DNA of 64,000 bases from a virus, in the IMG/VR virus record IMGVR_UViG_3300025592_000986. The stretch is one strand, 5' to 3'. Under the pieces are notes generated by a model. The model saw nothing but the letters and a program-made list of their open reading frames with translations. It was not told where the DNA came from and searched no databases. Every line of letters starts with the position of its first letter. Positions within the stretch are counted from its first letter, which is position 1. Made by a program: the position numbers and the translations under genes. This document shows positions 44,363-53,591 of the stretch, one piece after another.

Positions 44363-47300
44363 CTAAACGTTTACGTGAGCGTAACTTCCGAGCTTGTCAA
44401 TGTTAATTTGAGTATCTACAGAGTCCTTGAGCGCATCTAAATGCGATATCAAAATGACAGTCTTAAAATAAGTCTTGGCCATATCGATAATTCTAACAAA
44501 ACCTTCCATATTGTCCTCATCCAAAGCCGTGCCCGGTTCGTCCATAATAAATAGGTCCGGTTTTGGTAAATTCGTAACTGCTAGTAACGCAAGCCTAATT
44601 GCCATAGAGGCTATTGTCTTCTCGGCACCGGAGCCCATCTCTAATGGCCTTGGGTCATACTTCGGGTGCTTGATAAATATGTTCAAATCCTTGTCGTCAT
44701 CCAATATAAACGTCTCAAAGTCAACAATACCCGTCAGTATTTTTGCGATCTCTTCGTTAATTACCGGGAGTCTGTTTTTAATAATGTCGTAAGATATGCC
44801 ATTAGAATGACAACATTTTATATACAATTCAAAAGCGGAATATTCTTCCCTCAGAGATTGTAGTTCCAGCTTTTTGGCCTGCAGTGTCTTGACCACCTGT
44901 TCATTAGAACCTATCTCCCTAAATAGATCGTTCGTATCTGATTTGCAAGCGTCCCATTCCCTCTTGACTTTTGGTGACTCTGTCTGTAGGGCCTGCCTTT
45001 CAAGTAACAGTTCTTCTAGGCTCTCCATCGCGTCCTTGTTGCCTTCATATTCTGCCATCCTGGAATTCAACGGCTTTAAGTCTGCCTCTTCTTTGTAGAT
45101 TAAACCTTCGTTTCTTTCCTTGTTTAATTTCAAACTGGCCAGAGACGAAGCTAATCTGTTCTTTTTCTCTACAAGTTGATTGTATTTCTCCAAATATTCT
45201 CCAACCTTGTCTGGCTGCAATTCAGATATTTCGTTTCCGACTTCATTTGCCTTTTTGGAAACGACAGACATCTTGGATTCAACGACCTTCACCAGGTCTA
45301 AAGAACCGTAAGCGTCTTTAATAAATTTACAATTAGGAAACTTGTCACCACAAGGAACCTCTGACAACAAGTCTTGTTTCTTGTAAAGTCTCGTCCTCTG
45401 TTCCGAATAGCTTTTGATTTCCGACAGCAAGAGGTCCAGGTCTTTCGACTTTGTATTTATCAGGTTCAGTTTTTCTTGGTACGAACCTACATCAAACTGC
45501 TCTACAAACTTTTCCATTTTCTCTAAAGTCACGGAGTCTGAGCTTATCTGTTCAGTATACGACTCGTTTTCAACTTTGGCAGTGGATATCGTATTCTCTT
45601 TAGCACGTATCTGCTTTTTCAGTCTAACTGGGTCTATCAGTTCCGACGGGGCCGAATCTACCTTTGCCTTGATGCCCTCCATCTTTATTGCCAACTGTTG
45701 GGCTTGTTCCTCCAGGGACGAACACTTACTCTGGCTCTCCACTAGGCGTTTGTTGCTGAGTTCAAGAGCTTCATTCGCTTCCTCAAGTTGCCCCTCGAAA
45801 TCTATCTCTTCGAGCTTTTTCAAAAGAGCTTTCGCTTCCGCTGAATCTTTTTTAGCCATCTTAAACTTTTTATCAAAAATTTCTAAATCTAAAAACTTTG
45901 CCAGAATCTTCTTCCGCTCTGTGACGCCTTGATTGATAAAGGTTAGAGAATCCATTTGGCTGGTCATAGAAGTCATCAAAAAGTCTTCTAACGTCCCGAA
46001 ATACCTTCTGATCTCTTTGTCCGTACCTCCTCTGGCCAAGGCGTTGAGTTCTTCGACCTGCCCCATTGCGTCGACACAAACAAAGTCAGCACTCGTCTTT
46101 GCCTCGATTGTTTCCACACCTTTTAATTTTTTGAGATACTTTTCCGACTTTCGTTCTATCGTATAAGTCCTATCTCCAATCTCGATAACAGTCCTGCCAA
46201 ACGCATTGACCTCGTTCTGGTTGATGAAATTCAGATTCTTCCTGACGGACTTTGACGTGCTGTTGTACATCGTATAAAGCAGGCTATCTATGATCGAAGA
46301 TTTGCCTGAAAAGTTCTTACCAAAAATACCGACGATACCCGACAACTTGTCAAAATTTACCTTGTTGCCTTTTCCGTAGTTAAACAGATTGTCCCACTCG
46401 ACACTCTTGAGGGACCAGTTTATATTTCTGTAAACCTCTTCTTCCTCCTCGATAGACGTGTTGTACTTTGAGTTCAGGAGCAGGATCCTGTTCATAACCT
46501 CGTCAGTTATTTCGTAATCATTCAAGTACTCCCTGATTAGGCGTTGTTGTACTTCGATGTCTCTTAGATCTTCTTTAGTGGAAACCGAACTAACATCCAC
46601 CTCAGAACCTTTTGAGCTTGCCCTGTTCATATACGTCAAGGTGTCTGGCTTGTACTTGTGTTTTACAAGATCAAGGGCCCTTCTCATTCTGGCCAAGGGA
46701 ATGTTGTTTTCCGATACGACCCTGAGACGTGCCCCAGGAGGAGCGTTTATGTTGTTCGGAAGCTCGCCCTTGGAGTTTAAGAAGATGGTAACAAAGGGTT
46801 TGGGATTCTTGAACGTGTGCAACTTACAGGTAAATTTATCTTTACTTGTGATATCCCAAAGCAAGTAGCCTTTGTCTAGAGACTCTCCAAAATTCTGCTG
46901 AACTGTCGAGCCGGCATATCTTACCTTGCCTTTATGATCCAGAATTTGAGTCTTGTGTATGTCTCCTAAAAAGGCAAAGTCAAACCTGTCGAAGATACTG
47001 ATGTCGTGGTCGCCGGTCAATGTCCAGTTCAAATCAGTTTTCGATCTGTCGATTGCACCGTGGTACAGGGCAATGTTGACAAGCTGTTTGTTGGAGGGCT
47101 CACTCCAGTTCTCCTCATCGAACACAGACAAGACGTTTAAAGCGAACTTGTCCTCCAGCACTACCTCTTGGGCCCGTTTAAGTATAAACAGATTAGGGTT
47201 TTGCAAAGCTTCAGCGATGGGCGTTATCGCATCTTGACGACTTGCATTTTTCAGGTTACCGTCGTGATTTCCCAGGATCACGTACGTTGGGGCGATGTTG

Positions 47301-47503
47301 GCAAGCCTGGATAGAAACTTGGAACACATCTCGACGAACTCTGGTGATATTTGAGTCTTCGTGTGTGCGATGTCCCCACAATGGACTATGTAATCGACAT
47401 CTTGCTCCTCTAGAGATTTGTATAATTGATCAAAAACTTCATTATATTCATGATGATACTTCAAATTTCGGATATGAGTATCCGCTATGTGGGCAAAACG
47501 CAT
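44363..47503 (-). CDS. fused SbcD-SbcC (Mre11-Rad50; T4 gp47+gp46-like) nuclease-ATPase
   Basis: ADTH, GDIAH, GNHD, GDIH metallophosphoesterase motifs, then GKNFSGKSS Walker A, coiled coil, GSGAE signature, IMDEP Walker B, ISH. Confidence 0.93.
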   Translation of the reverse strand: MRFAHIADTHIRNLKYHHEYNEVFDQLYKSLEEQDVDYIVHCGDIAHTKTQISPEFVEMCSKFLSRLANIAPTYVILGNHDGNLKNASRQDAITPIAEALQNPNLFILKRAQEVVLEDKFALNVLSVFDEENWSEPSNKQLVNIALYHGAIDRSKTDLNWTLTGDHDISIFDRFDFAFLGDIHKTQILDHKGKVRYAGSTVQQNFGESLDKGYLLWDITSKDKFTCKLHTFKNPKPFVTIFLNSKGELPNNINAPPGARLRVVSENNIPLARMRRALDLVKHKYKPDTLTYMNRASSKGSEVDVSSVSTKEDLRDIEVQQRLIREYLNDYEITDEVMNRILLLNSKYNTSIEEEEEVYRNINWSLKSVEWDNLFNYGKGNKVNFDKLSGIVGIFGKNFSGKSSIIDSLLYTMYNSTSKSVRKNLNFINQNEVNAFGRTVIEIGDRTYTIERKSEKYLKKLKGVETIEAKTSADFVCVDAMGQVEELNALARGGTDKEIRRYFGTLEDFLMTSMTSQMDSLTFINQGVTERKKILAKFLDLEIFDKKFKMAKKDSAEAKALLKKLEEIDFEGQLEEANEALELSNKRLVESQSKCSSLEEQAQQLAIKMEGIKAKVDSAPSELIDPVRLKKQIRAKENTISTAKVENESYTEQISSDSVTLEKMEKFVEQFDVGSYQEKLNLINTKSKDLDLLLSEIKSYSEQRTRLYKKQDLLSEVPCGDKFPNCKFIKDAYGSLDLVKVVESKMSVVSKKANEVGNEISELQPDKVGEYLEKYNQLVEKKNRLASSLASLKLNKERNEGLIYKEEADLKPLNSRMAEYEGNKDAMESLEELLLERQALQTESPKVKREWDACKSDTNDLFREIGSNEQVVKTLQAKKLELQSLREEYSAFELYIKCCHSNGISYDIIKNRLPVINEEIAKILTGIVDFETFILDDDKDLNIFIKHPKYDPRPLEMGSGAEKTIASMAIRLALLAVTNLPKPDLFIMDEPGTALDEDNMEGFVRIIDMAKTYFKTVILISHLDALKDSVDTQINIDKLGSYAHVNV

Positions 47504-47525
47504 TCAGCCTCCATCTTTTTTTATT

Positions 47526-47554
47526 ATTATATTGTATTACTGTTTTTAAATCAA
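47526..47554 (-). promoter_or_regulatory. sigma70-type promoter upstream of sbcDC fusion
   Basis: TTGATT-17 nt-TATAAT. Confidence 0.7.
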
Positions 47555-47742
47555 GATATTTTGTCGTTAACTAATTTTACAAAGTTTTCTAAAAATATTT
47601 GTTGGTTGGATGAGTCAAGGTTGGCGAACTGTTCAAATAGGCCGTTGGCCATTTCAAGCCCCTTGCTTTTCTCTTCTTCAACAGTCAAGCGGGTGACCTC
47701 TTCTTTTATCATCTTTCTTATTTGAGATTTAGTGATTTGCAT
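47551..47742 (-). CDS. small hypothetical protein (MQITKSQIRKMIKEE N-terminus)
   Basis: AAGGAGG SD; late motif at 47772-47781. Confidence 0.7.
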   Translation of the reverse strand: MQITKSQIRKMIKEEVTRLTVEEEKSKGLEMANGLFEQFANLDSSNQQIFLENFVKLVNDKIS

Positions 47743-47752
47743 AATAACCTCC

Positions 47753-48685
47753 TTATAAACTTAAGCACTGATATAAATAGTTGGTTTGATCAATAAGAGC
47801 CGCACCTTCTTTTCTTTTTAGAAATTCACCCTTAGTCATAGACCCAACATCATCATAGCCCGACGTGCTCACTTTGTAAACCTTTAAATCGTATTGGAGT
47901 AATAATTTTATAATTCTCATTTCTTTTTTGGCTGCATCTGCGTCCAAGGCCATATAAACTGTTGGGCACTCCTCTATTATTCTCTTGAACACCTGACTTC
48001 TTTCTGAGAGTGTCGACCCCAACAGTGGTAGCGCATTGCCCGCGACTATCGCGTCGAACACACCCTCAACAAGTATGACAGGTTCTTGCCAGTCTATGTA
48101 CAATTCATTAAATACCACGTTCCTATCTACGGGAGGGTTTTTATATTTAGGAAAATCGTTCTTGTAAGTTCTTGCTATAAAGTAGCTTAAATTTCCCCCC
48201 TCGTCAAAAGAGGGTATGCATACCCTTCCTGCATACGCTCCCGTGCGGCAGAAGCCGATTCTCCACCTCACAATGTCATCCCTGGTTACGTTCCTGTACT
48301 TCAAATAGTTAAGAGCCTTCCTGTACTCGACATCGTTCATTCTTTTCGTCAAAGAGAAAAAATCTTCTGGGAGGCTTGTTGTTCTTTTGGGGATGTCGTT
48401 TGGATCAATCTCTTCGAACAAGGAATCAAAAGAGCTTAAGTCCACAACCTCATCTAGTTCTGACCACGCGGCGAAGTGACTCCTGTCTCCATACCTTTTT
48501 ACCAGGGAGGAAAGCTTCAGGCCAGAGTAGTCACAGACCCAGCACTTGTACACACCCTTGTCTAGATTTACTGAGAATTTCTTCTTGTGATGTTTGCAAC
48601 TAGGGCACTCAAACAAGTATTCCTCGCCAGAGACATAATACCTGCCGAGGATGCTCTCTAGTATACTTACCTTTTCAGATTCCAT
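47753..48685 (-). CDS. DNA primase (DnaG / T4 gp61-like)
   Basis: CPSC...CWVC zinc finger, YLKYR, GRVCIP, YFIAR, KYKNP, TOPRIM VEGVFDA and LDADA. Confidence 0.93.
   Translation of the reverse strand: MESEKVSILESILGRYYVSGEEYLFECPSCKHHKKKFSVNLDKGVYKCWVCDYSGLKLSSLVKRYGDRSHFAAWSELDEVVDLSSFDSLFEEIDPNDIPKRTTSLPEDFFSLTKRMNDVEYRKALNYLKYRNVTRDDIVRWRIGFCRTGAYAGRVCIPSFDEGGNLSYFIARTYKNDFPKYKNPPVDRNVVFNELYIDWQEPVILVEGVFDAIVAGNALPLLGSTLSERSQVFKRIIEECPTVYMALDADAAKKEMRIIKLLLQYDLKVYKVSTSGYDDVGSMTKGEFLKRKEGAALIDQTNYLYQCLSL
47772..47781 (-). promoter_or_regulatory. putative late promoter ACTATTTATA in the primase 3' end
   Basis: Recurrent motif, 30 nt upstream of the 63-aa ORF. Confidence 0.55.
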
Positions 48686-49203
48686 TGTAGATAACCCGCC
48701 CTTGCAATAACGTAGCTGTCAGACCGATCCATTGTTCCTGGTTTCGGATTTCCAGCTTTTGTATATTGTATGACGAAGGAAGGCTCCCGGTCAAGTACAA
48801 ACTCTAAAGTTTTTTGTTTGGCGTTGTCACCTCTTTTGATCTCTACCCCGGCCTGTTTCCTTGCGGAAGTTGCAGCTATCATCTCCGGTTCGGTCTTAAA
48901 AATTTCAAAACAAAGCCAGGATACAATACCATTAAATCTAGATAGTGTCGAGAGGGTCTGTGCAGAGGAAAAACCAGAACGGAACGAGTGCAAAGATTGC
49001 TCTATAAAAATCGACCTTACGTTGTAACTCTTTTTTACTTCTTTCAGGTTCTTTTTGATAAGGTCTGCTTTTTGGTACAATGTTGGAAAGTGATTTTTAT
49101 TTCTTGTGTCCCATTGTTCGTTAAAAACCATAACACCGTCCTCATCCATAATTGTGATACCGGTGATGGTCGTAGATATATCTAGTCCTAGTATATGCTT
49201 AAT
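48667..49203 (-). CDS. ruvC: RuvC-like Holliday junction resolvase
   Basis: In-frame upstream extension ILGLDISTTITG, then IFIEQ, L.RFNG.V, ARK..G, DRSDSYVIA; start codon apparently non-canonical. Confidence 0.8.
   Translation of the reverse strand: MKHILGLDISTTITGITIMDEDGVMVFNEQWDTRNKNHFPTLYQKADLIKKNLKEVKKSYNVRSIFIEQSLHSFRSGFSSAQTLSTLSRFNGIVSWLCFEIFKTEPEMIAATSARKQAGVEIKRGDNAKQKTLEFVLDREPSFVIQYTKAGNPKPGTMDRSDSYVIARAGYLQWNLKR
48765..48794 (-). promoter_or_regulatory. possible sigma70-type promoter for primase, inside ruvC
   Basis: TTGACC-18 nt-TACAAT, 80 nt upstream of the primase start. Confidence 0.45.
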
Positions 49204-49204
49204 T

Positions 49205-49894
49205 TTAATTCCCCATATTGTGGTAGACGTAGTTTATGTAATCTTTCATCAGCAAAATTTTCTCGTCCTCGTCATTATGATACCATCTCCAGGCCGTAGA
49301 TTTTTCTATTGTTTTTATTTTTAGCCTAACTTTGTTCACATTGCCCTTGGCCAAGTCGACATCCTCTTCTGTTGGGTCTGGGAACTTAACATTCAAATGC
49401 AGTGCGACGTCCATCAAATCTATAAAGTTTTCATTATTGAACGCCTTTTGTGCTCTTATGAACAGATTCTCTTTCTGTAATCTTTCTAATTCTGGCAGAT
49501 CTTTAAGTTTGTCAGGGTGAGTGATTTTCGCTACTTCCCGGTAGACAGATTTCAAGTGCTTCGGAGCTTCTCTCTTTGGCTCGACTTCTCGATCAGCTTC
49601 TTGTGGCGTGGAGGCTGATTCGGTTTCAGCGCTAGCCTCCGGCTCCTGGTGGCGTTCTTGGGCGCTCTCTTGCTCGGGCTGATTGGCTGTTTCTCCTGGC
49701 TGTTCACCTTCCTCCTGTTTCTTAAAAAATTCCTTAATTTCATCTGGCATTCCTTTTAGGGTTTCCTTGAACTCTTTTGAGAACAAAGCCCCCGCTTCAC
49801 TCTCTGTCTGCCTGTGGAGTGTCAGCTTTTCTTTTAGGAACCTTATCTGTAGTATTAGTAGTTTAAACTTTTGCTGCTCACTAACCGAAGACAT
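49205..49894 (-). CDS. J-domain (DnaJ-like) protein
   Basis: LKSVYREVAKITHPDKL...LFIRAQKAF (HPD motif). Confidence 0.8.
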   Translation of the reverse strand: MSSVSEQQKFKLLILQIRFLKEKLTLHRQTESEAGALFSKEFKETLKGMPDEIKEFFKKQEEGEQPGETANQPEQESAQERHQEPEASAETESASTPQEADREVEPKREAPKHLKSVYREVAKITHPDKLKDLPELERLQKENLFIRAQKAFNNENFIDLMDVALHLNVKFPDPTEEDVDLAKGNVNKVRLKIKTIEKSTAWRWYHNDEDEKILLMKDYINYVYHNMGN

Positions 49895-51189
49895 TAGAAA
49901 TCCATCTTCAGTTTAAACGTCAGGTCCCTAGTTTCTGTTTTTCTGACTGGGGAGGCCAGCTTTGCGATTGCTATCAAATTCATATTGTCATCGTAAATTC
50001 CGATCTTCGATATATATGTTTGCTTGTCAAAAGATCCCGAATCTCCATATTTGTTGTGTTCTAGACTCTTTATCTTTAAGTTCGAGTTTTCATAAAAATG
50101 ATAAGAAGATGTGCTAGGTGTTGAGGGCTCGTTCTGATCTTTCTGGATGAAAGTTGGATTCGTTGAGTTGTTAAGTTCACCTCTCTTCGCGTGGGCAAAC
50201 ATTGTAACAGTTGGAATTTGATTCGTACCTTCGAAATGCACGGCGAAGGCAGAACCTGTCAAGACTGCTGCAGCCTTTCCGTCGTTGGCTCCAGCGCCAA
50301 AGTTATACCACTTTGGACTTGAGTAATCATTGCCAACATACTTGTCTTGAAAATTAGGATTTATGTCCCAGCTTCCAGTCAGCGCGATAAAACCTTCGTT
50401 GTAGAGCACCAGGCCTGCCACCTTGTTGCTGTTTGTGGTCGAACCAATCGTCCCAGAGACTTGAACCAATTCTCCGTTCTGGTTTACATCCTGCAGTTCT
50501 GCTGCGAGTGTGCCAGTTATGTAAAATTTTAAACTAACAGACCCCTTTCTTATGGAAGATCCGTAAAATATTGACGGTATCTCTATCAAGCTCATTTCCT
50601 GGTTCGATTTGTCCCAGGAGACCTTGGCATTTAAGTGATCGTCTATCGATGATGTGTTAAAAGCGTGGTGAATACTTTGTGGTACATAATTGTTGAATGT
50701 GTTCTTGAGCGCGATGATCCTTTGTTTGTTCAATGACGCTTTGACAAAACTTCCATTTTCCTCTTCGACTGTGGATGTACTTGTTGTCGTCGGCGCGAAT
50801 CGAGTCCTGAAGATACTAGAGCTGAGCGGGTAGTGAGACTTGATAAAATCTCCATAAGCAAACTGCGACGTAGAGTCGAACACCGATGTGCTTATTGACC
50901 TAAACGCAGTTCTGGCCCCTTCTTTTGTTACAAAGGGGTAAATAGAGGTTCCATCTGGAGGGGCTTGGGTTCCGACACTTATGTTAGAGGCAACGTTAAG
51001 TTCATACAAGCTGATGAAGCCTTGTGGCACATTGTTCTCGTTAACTGTGGTAGTGTGGTTTTTTACGCCAGCATTCTTACCGCCGTCGATATAGACTTTC
51101 GCATCATATATTAGAAAGTCTTTTTTCGGGTAAGTCTTTACTCTGTTGTAAAATAAGTCTTCTTGATTGAACTTGTATACAGTCGACAT
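49894..51189 (-). CDS. virion/baseplate structural protein
   Basis: G.V.YNEG, N.STNPTF, C-terminal TYISKIGIYDDNMNLIAIAKL..P.RK; paralogue of 51194-52477. Confidence 0.6.
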   Translation of the reverse strand: MSTVYKFNQEDLFYNRVKTYPKKDFLIYDAKVYIDGGKNAGVKNHTTTVNENNVPQGFISLYELNVASNISVGTQAPPDGTSIYPFVTKEGARTAFRSISTSVFDSTSQFAYGDFIKSHYPLSSSIFRTRFAPTTTSTSTVEEENGSFVKASLNKQRIIALKNTFNNYVPQSIHHAFNTSSIDDHLNAKVSWDKSNQEMSLIEIPSIFYGSSIRKGSVSLKFYITGTLAAELQDVNQNGELVQVSGTIGSTTNSNKVAGLVLYNEGFIALTGSWDINPNFQDKYVGNDYSSPKWYNFGAGANDGKAAAVLTGSAFAVHFEGTNQIPTVTMFAHAKRGELNNSTNPTFIQKDQNEPSTPSTSSYHFYENSNLKIKSLEHNKYGDSGSFDKQTYISKIGIYDDNMNLIAIAKLASPVRKTETRDLTFKLKMDF

Positions 51190-51193
51190 AGCA

Positions 51194-52477
51194 TTAGTAA
51201 TCCAACCTTACTCTTAAAGTGAGTTCGTTCGTGGGATCCTTTCTGAGTGGCTCAGAAAGCTTCGCTGTGGCCATCAACTCATTGTCTGATGAGTAAAGCC
51301 CCACAGATGTTACGTAACTTATCGGCATATCGGAAGATACGTTCTTTACACGAATTTTGCTCTCCTGGAGATACGTTGGATTAGAACTGTAATTGAATTC
51401 ATTGTGGTGCGCTCTGCAAAAATACACTGAAGAATTAAGTTCTGTGGTATTGTTGAAAGACACTGACTTTATTCTGTGTCGCAACGAATCACAGGCAGTT
51501 TGGATTGTAGACCCTGTAAATAAGGAGTACACATCCGACTGCGCTGTAGCTGTGATATCCAAGCCAGCTGCGTCTGTGATCTGCTTGTGCATCATACAAC
51601 TGGCAGAGTTCAAAAGACCTCCGGTTAAATGATGTACAATTCCTGTCGAAGCAGTGACTTGACGAACACCGGCGTCGCCGCCGCCGTCGTGTGTTGCTTT
51701 TGCAAACATTCTTGCATCGAGAACTACGATACCAGCTTGATAGAAAATCAATCCGATATTTGAAGGCTTGGTTGGGTGAGCAGAGCCTGTAGTTAGGCCG
51801 TGGGCAATTGCGCCAGCGATGTTGCCCGCGCCAGTAGAAGCTGAAAGTATACCGAATTCTCCTGCGGGAGAGTTTACCCTATAGTCGTTTGCCGCGTTTG
51901 TATCCTTAATGGTTATAATTCTTGAGGCATACTTCCTTAGATCACCTGATTGTTCGACCGGACCAATGTAATGAGGTGAGACGCCAACATCCATAGAGAA
52001 GGAGCCTTTCTTTATCTCATCCTTGGTTAAAAGTCTTGAAAAATTCAAAAAGAAACATTCGTGAATCTTACCCTCGGATGGGTTTTGACCAGCAGTGTTT
52101 CCATCTTGGTCAAAGGCTCTGATGTTTCCATCTTTATCATGCCCCATAAGAACTTGCGCCATCTGGTTGTAAATTTGAATCTTCTTTTCCTGCTGTGTTC
52201 TCGCTACCTCATAGACGTTTCCAGAAAGTGCGCTGCCAGTGGAGTACCCAGAAGTGATATCAAATATGTGGTTGGCAGAAGAACTTAAAAAAGGATAGTC
52301 AAACACCGATTGAAACATTCCGTGAGAATAATTTTTTATGTTTATTTCTGTTCCGTCTGGCGAACCTCCGTTGTAAGTACCTGATACAAGCGCTCCCGTG
52401 ATCGGAATTGCTTCGTGAAGTAGCGTCTTTGTCGTTACAAGGTCGCTGTTAAGAAAAGTTTTAAACGTAGTTGCCAT
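51194..52477 (-). CDS. virion/baseplate structural protein
   Basis: GLIFYQAG, EFNYSSNPTY, SYVTSVGLYSSDNELMATAKLSEPLRK. Confidence 0.6.
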   Translation of the reverse strand: MATTFKTFLNSDLVTTKTLLHEAIPITGALVSGTYNGGSPDGTEINIKNYSHGMFQSVFDYPFLSSSANHIFDITSGYSTGSALSGNVYEVARTQQEKKIQIYNQMAQVLMGHDKDGNIRAFDQDGNTAGQNPSEGKIHECFFLNFSRLLTKDEIKKGSFSMDVGVSPHYIGPVEQSGDLRKYASRIITIKDTNAANDYRVNSPAGEFGILSASTGAGNIAGAIAHGLTTGSAHPTKPSNIGLIFYQAGIVVLDARMFAKATHDGGGDAGVRQVTASTGIVHHLTGGLLNSASCMMHKQITDAAGLDITATAQSDVYSLFTGSTIQTACDSLRHRIKSVSFNNTTELNSSVYFCRAHHNEFNYSSNPTYLQESKIRVKNVSSDMPISYVTSVGLYSSDNELMATAKLSEPLRKDPTNELTLRVRLDY

Positions 52478-52492
52478 ATCGAAATCCTTATA

Positions 52493-53515
52493 TTATGTAG
52501 TCTTCTTCAAGAACCTTATTGGAATGTCTACAGAGACGCCGACAGTTGCGGCGGTCAATCTAACAAACGTGTCAATGTAGTAAAGCGCAACGCCAGACCT
52601 GAATAGCTGGTCACCTGCGGTGGCGGCGGTGCCGCCTAGCAAAGTAGTGGTGGTCGTCAGAGTAGATCCAAGCCTCTCAAACAAATATGTTGAATTTGCA
52701 AGAGTTGGATTAGGTGCAATCTTAAACGATACCACCTTGTCTCTAGGTCCTCTAATTCTTTGCCGTGTTGTACCTTGATTGTTATCGTTTGTGGAAGTGA
52801 GCGTGTCTAGGGGCCCGCCAATGATATTGCTTCCGGCTGCAGCGCCCACAAAGTAAGATGCAATCTGATCGTCGTCAATAAAAGAGACCGATACTGGTTG
52901 TCCAGTTACATCAACGAGGGTGCCCAACCTAGAATCAAGCTCTATTATGAATTGTGTCTCTTGCAAGTCAGATGGGTAAAGCTGGGTCGGTGACAATTGA
53001 GTCGTGTCTAACCCAAGCTCGACTGCAATGGTTGCCGAATCAGATGCGGCGACTGTCTGAACCGTTGAACCTTTAATCAGACCTAACCCATTAATATTCA
53101 CGTCCGCAAGACTGTCAGATGTATCTTCAGTGTTTTCGTCGACAGTGATAAGGTAGGAAGAGAGGTCTCCGCTTAGCTTTGTGTTTAGGCTGCCCGCTGC
53201 TGTGCCGTTTAGACCGCCGTTGTGAAGCTTTAATACCGGCAAGTGCAATATATTTGTTCTGGAGATCGTCATCAATTTTGACTTCATTCCAGATGTGTTG
53301 TTAGTGAAGGCTTCTAAGATCGGAGTCTTCAGGACCTCAAGGTCATAAAAAGCCGATCCACTGGGGTGTGCCTTGTTATATAAAGAATAATCTATCTCGT
53401 CATCGCCGAGGGCGAACTTCGTTATTCTAAAGTCGCCGCGAGCCATTCTGTATCTACCGGTGTCGGTCAGAACCGCATCTAAAAGTATATCACCAGAATT
53501 ATCAAGAAACGCCAT
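52493..53515 (-). CDS. virion/baseplate structural protein
   Basis: N-terminal DAVLTDTGRYRMARGDFRITKFALGDDEIDY. Confidence 0.6.
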   Translation of the reverse strand: MAFLDNSGDILLDAVLTDTGRYRMARGDFRITKFALGDDEIDYSLYNKAHPSGSAFYDLEVLKTPILEAFTNNTSGMKSKLMTISRTNILHLPVLKLHNGGLNGTAAGSLNTKLSGDLSSYLITVDENTEDTSDSLADVNINGLGLIKGSTVQTVAASDSATIAVELGLDTTQLSPTQLYPSDLQETQFIIELDSRLGTLVDVTGQPVSVSFIDDDQIASYFVGAAAGSNIIGGPLDTLTSTNDNNQGTTRQRIRGPRDKVVSFKIAPNPTLANSTYLFERLGSTLTTTTTLLGGTAATAGDQLFRSGVALYYIDTFVRLTAATVGVSVDIPIRFLKKTT

Positions 53516-53554
53516 ATTTTTTACTCCTCACAAAAATGCACCTAAAACACAAAC

Positions 53555-53562
53555 TAATTAGT
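53555..53562 (-). promoter_or_regulatory. putative late promoter variant ACTAATTA
   Basis: Intergenic, upstream of 52493-53515. Confidence 0.5.
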
Positions 53563-53591
53563 TTTTTAAAAAATAAAACATACAAATTTTA

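Noticed and set aside
31731-48685. Inteins or introns in capsid, terminase or primase genes
   Set aside because: The ORFs are continuous with expected lengths, and no splicing or homing-endonuclease motifs were seen
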